In this document: piece after piece, positions 63,146 through 64,000 of the stretch
Position numbering within the stretch: position 1 is the first letter of the stretch
Layout of the letters: each line of letters opens with the position of its first letter
Notes under the pieces: model-generated
Seen by the model: the letters and a program-made list of their open reading frames with translations, nothing else
Database searches by the model: none
Told to the model about the DNA's origin: nothing
NCBI GenBank assembly: GCA_965113315.1
Contig: OZ220374.1
Strand: one strand, 5' to 3'
Source: Podarcis vaucheri
Taxonomy: Eukaryota
Length of the DNA: 64,000 nt
Made by a program: the position numbers and the translations under genes

Positions 63146-64000
63146 CAACAGCTTGGCTAAGCTTCAGGTGCGGCAGGGAATCCCGGGCGCTCCCGCGCTC
63201 TTTTTCTCTCCCCGCCCCCCCCCTTTTGCTAAGGGTTTGCTTGGTTTGTGACACAGAAAATTCCATTTCGGGCGTGCATTTCGGAACGTTTTCCTTTTAT
63301 ACAGAGAAGGCAGCTCCCAGGTTTGTTGTTTGTGTGTGTGTGTGGGGGGGAGAGCCTCCGGTTCAAAGAACAAAAGAAGCCTTCCATACAAATCGACCCC
63401 CCCACAGCAGATTCTCTTCCCCACCCCCGCATATCAGAAGTAGGCCGAGCCCTGCAGATATCCTCTTTCAAAACGAACAAGAGAGAAATTCGAAATATTC
63501 TTTTTCGAACGCAAAAACAGAATGCGCCCTGGCCGCAGGGACGAAGGCCAGAGGTGGGTTTGGTGACGTTCAGAACCACCAGAGGAACCGATTCAACAAA
63601 GGCGGATGTAGGGGGACGGTGGGGTGGGGGGGGAAACCGGTGGGGGGGGCAGGGCCTGCTTTGGAAAGGCCTTCGTCGAGCTTAGGGGGCTTTTCTGTGG
63701 GCCTGCTTGCGTTTTCCAGAGGGCAGACATGGAATGGGAAATATGGTTGCTTCGCCACACTGGGAAAGGCGTCCCCCTCCCCCGATCTCCCCGGCCGCCG
63801 CCACCACCCCGCCCTCCATGTGTCTCCTTCTGCATTCTGGTAAAACAGAGGAATTGTGTTGGCTTCAGAATGCAAAAGCGTTGGGCCACAGAGACAATAT
63901 AACAAAAGGGGAAAGAGTTCTTCTGAACAATGGCGGAGAAATGGGGGAGAAAGTGTGGAATGGAGCAACGTAGCAGCAGGCACGGGAGGGAGGTTTCTGC

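Noticed and set aside
63226-63983. Overlapping ORFs at the window end as possible HOXA1
   Set aside because: No HOXA1 N-terminus, poly-His, hexapeptide or homeodomain; HOXA1 must lie beyond the window.

Overview
This window is the anterior-central part of a vertebrate HoxA cluster, transcribed on the + strand. In order it contains the probable end of the HOXA7 3'UTR (about 1-1030) and then the two-exon coding regions of HOXA6, HOXA5, HOXA4, HOXA3 and HOXA2. It ends in the HOXA2-HOXA1 interval; no HOXA1 CDS is present. All five genes splice into intact ORFs with a hexapeptide, a phase-1 GT-AG intron and a homeodomain. Non-mammalian protein features and many short inverted-repeat transposon relics suggest a squamate reptile (inference). 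Classic cis-elements are recognisable: three DR5 RAREs, CTCF-like sites, the Hoxa3 kreisler/Pbx-Hox enhancer, the Hoxa2 r3/r5 and r4 enhancers, and miR-196 and miR-10 seed sites. I find no new protein-coding or RNA-gene system. The most notable unexplained patterns are: (1) seven short N-runs that sit where ultraconserved elements are expected, so probably masking rather than assembly gaps; (2) a dispersed ~90-bp hairpin MITE family plus nested and hAT insertions, one of them 108 bp from a HOXA3 splice acceptor; (3) apparently lineage-specific changes in otherwise conserved Hox sequence (A/CAA-rich HOXA5 leader, Gly9 insertion, HOXB6-like residues in the HOXA6 homeodomain, in-frame upstream ATG in HOXA2, a possibly decayed miR-196 site); (4) tandem ROR/REV-ERB-type elements. 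Comparisons to mammalian orthologues are from memory and need confirming by alignment.
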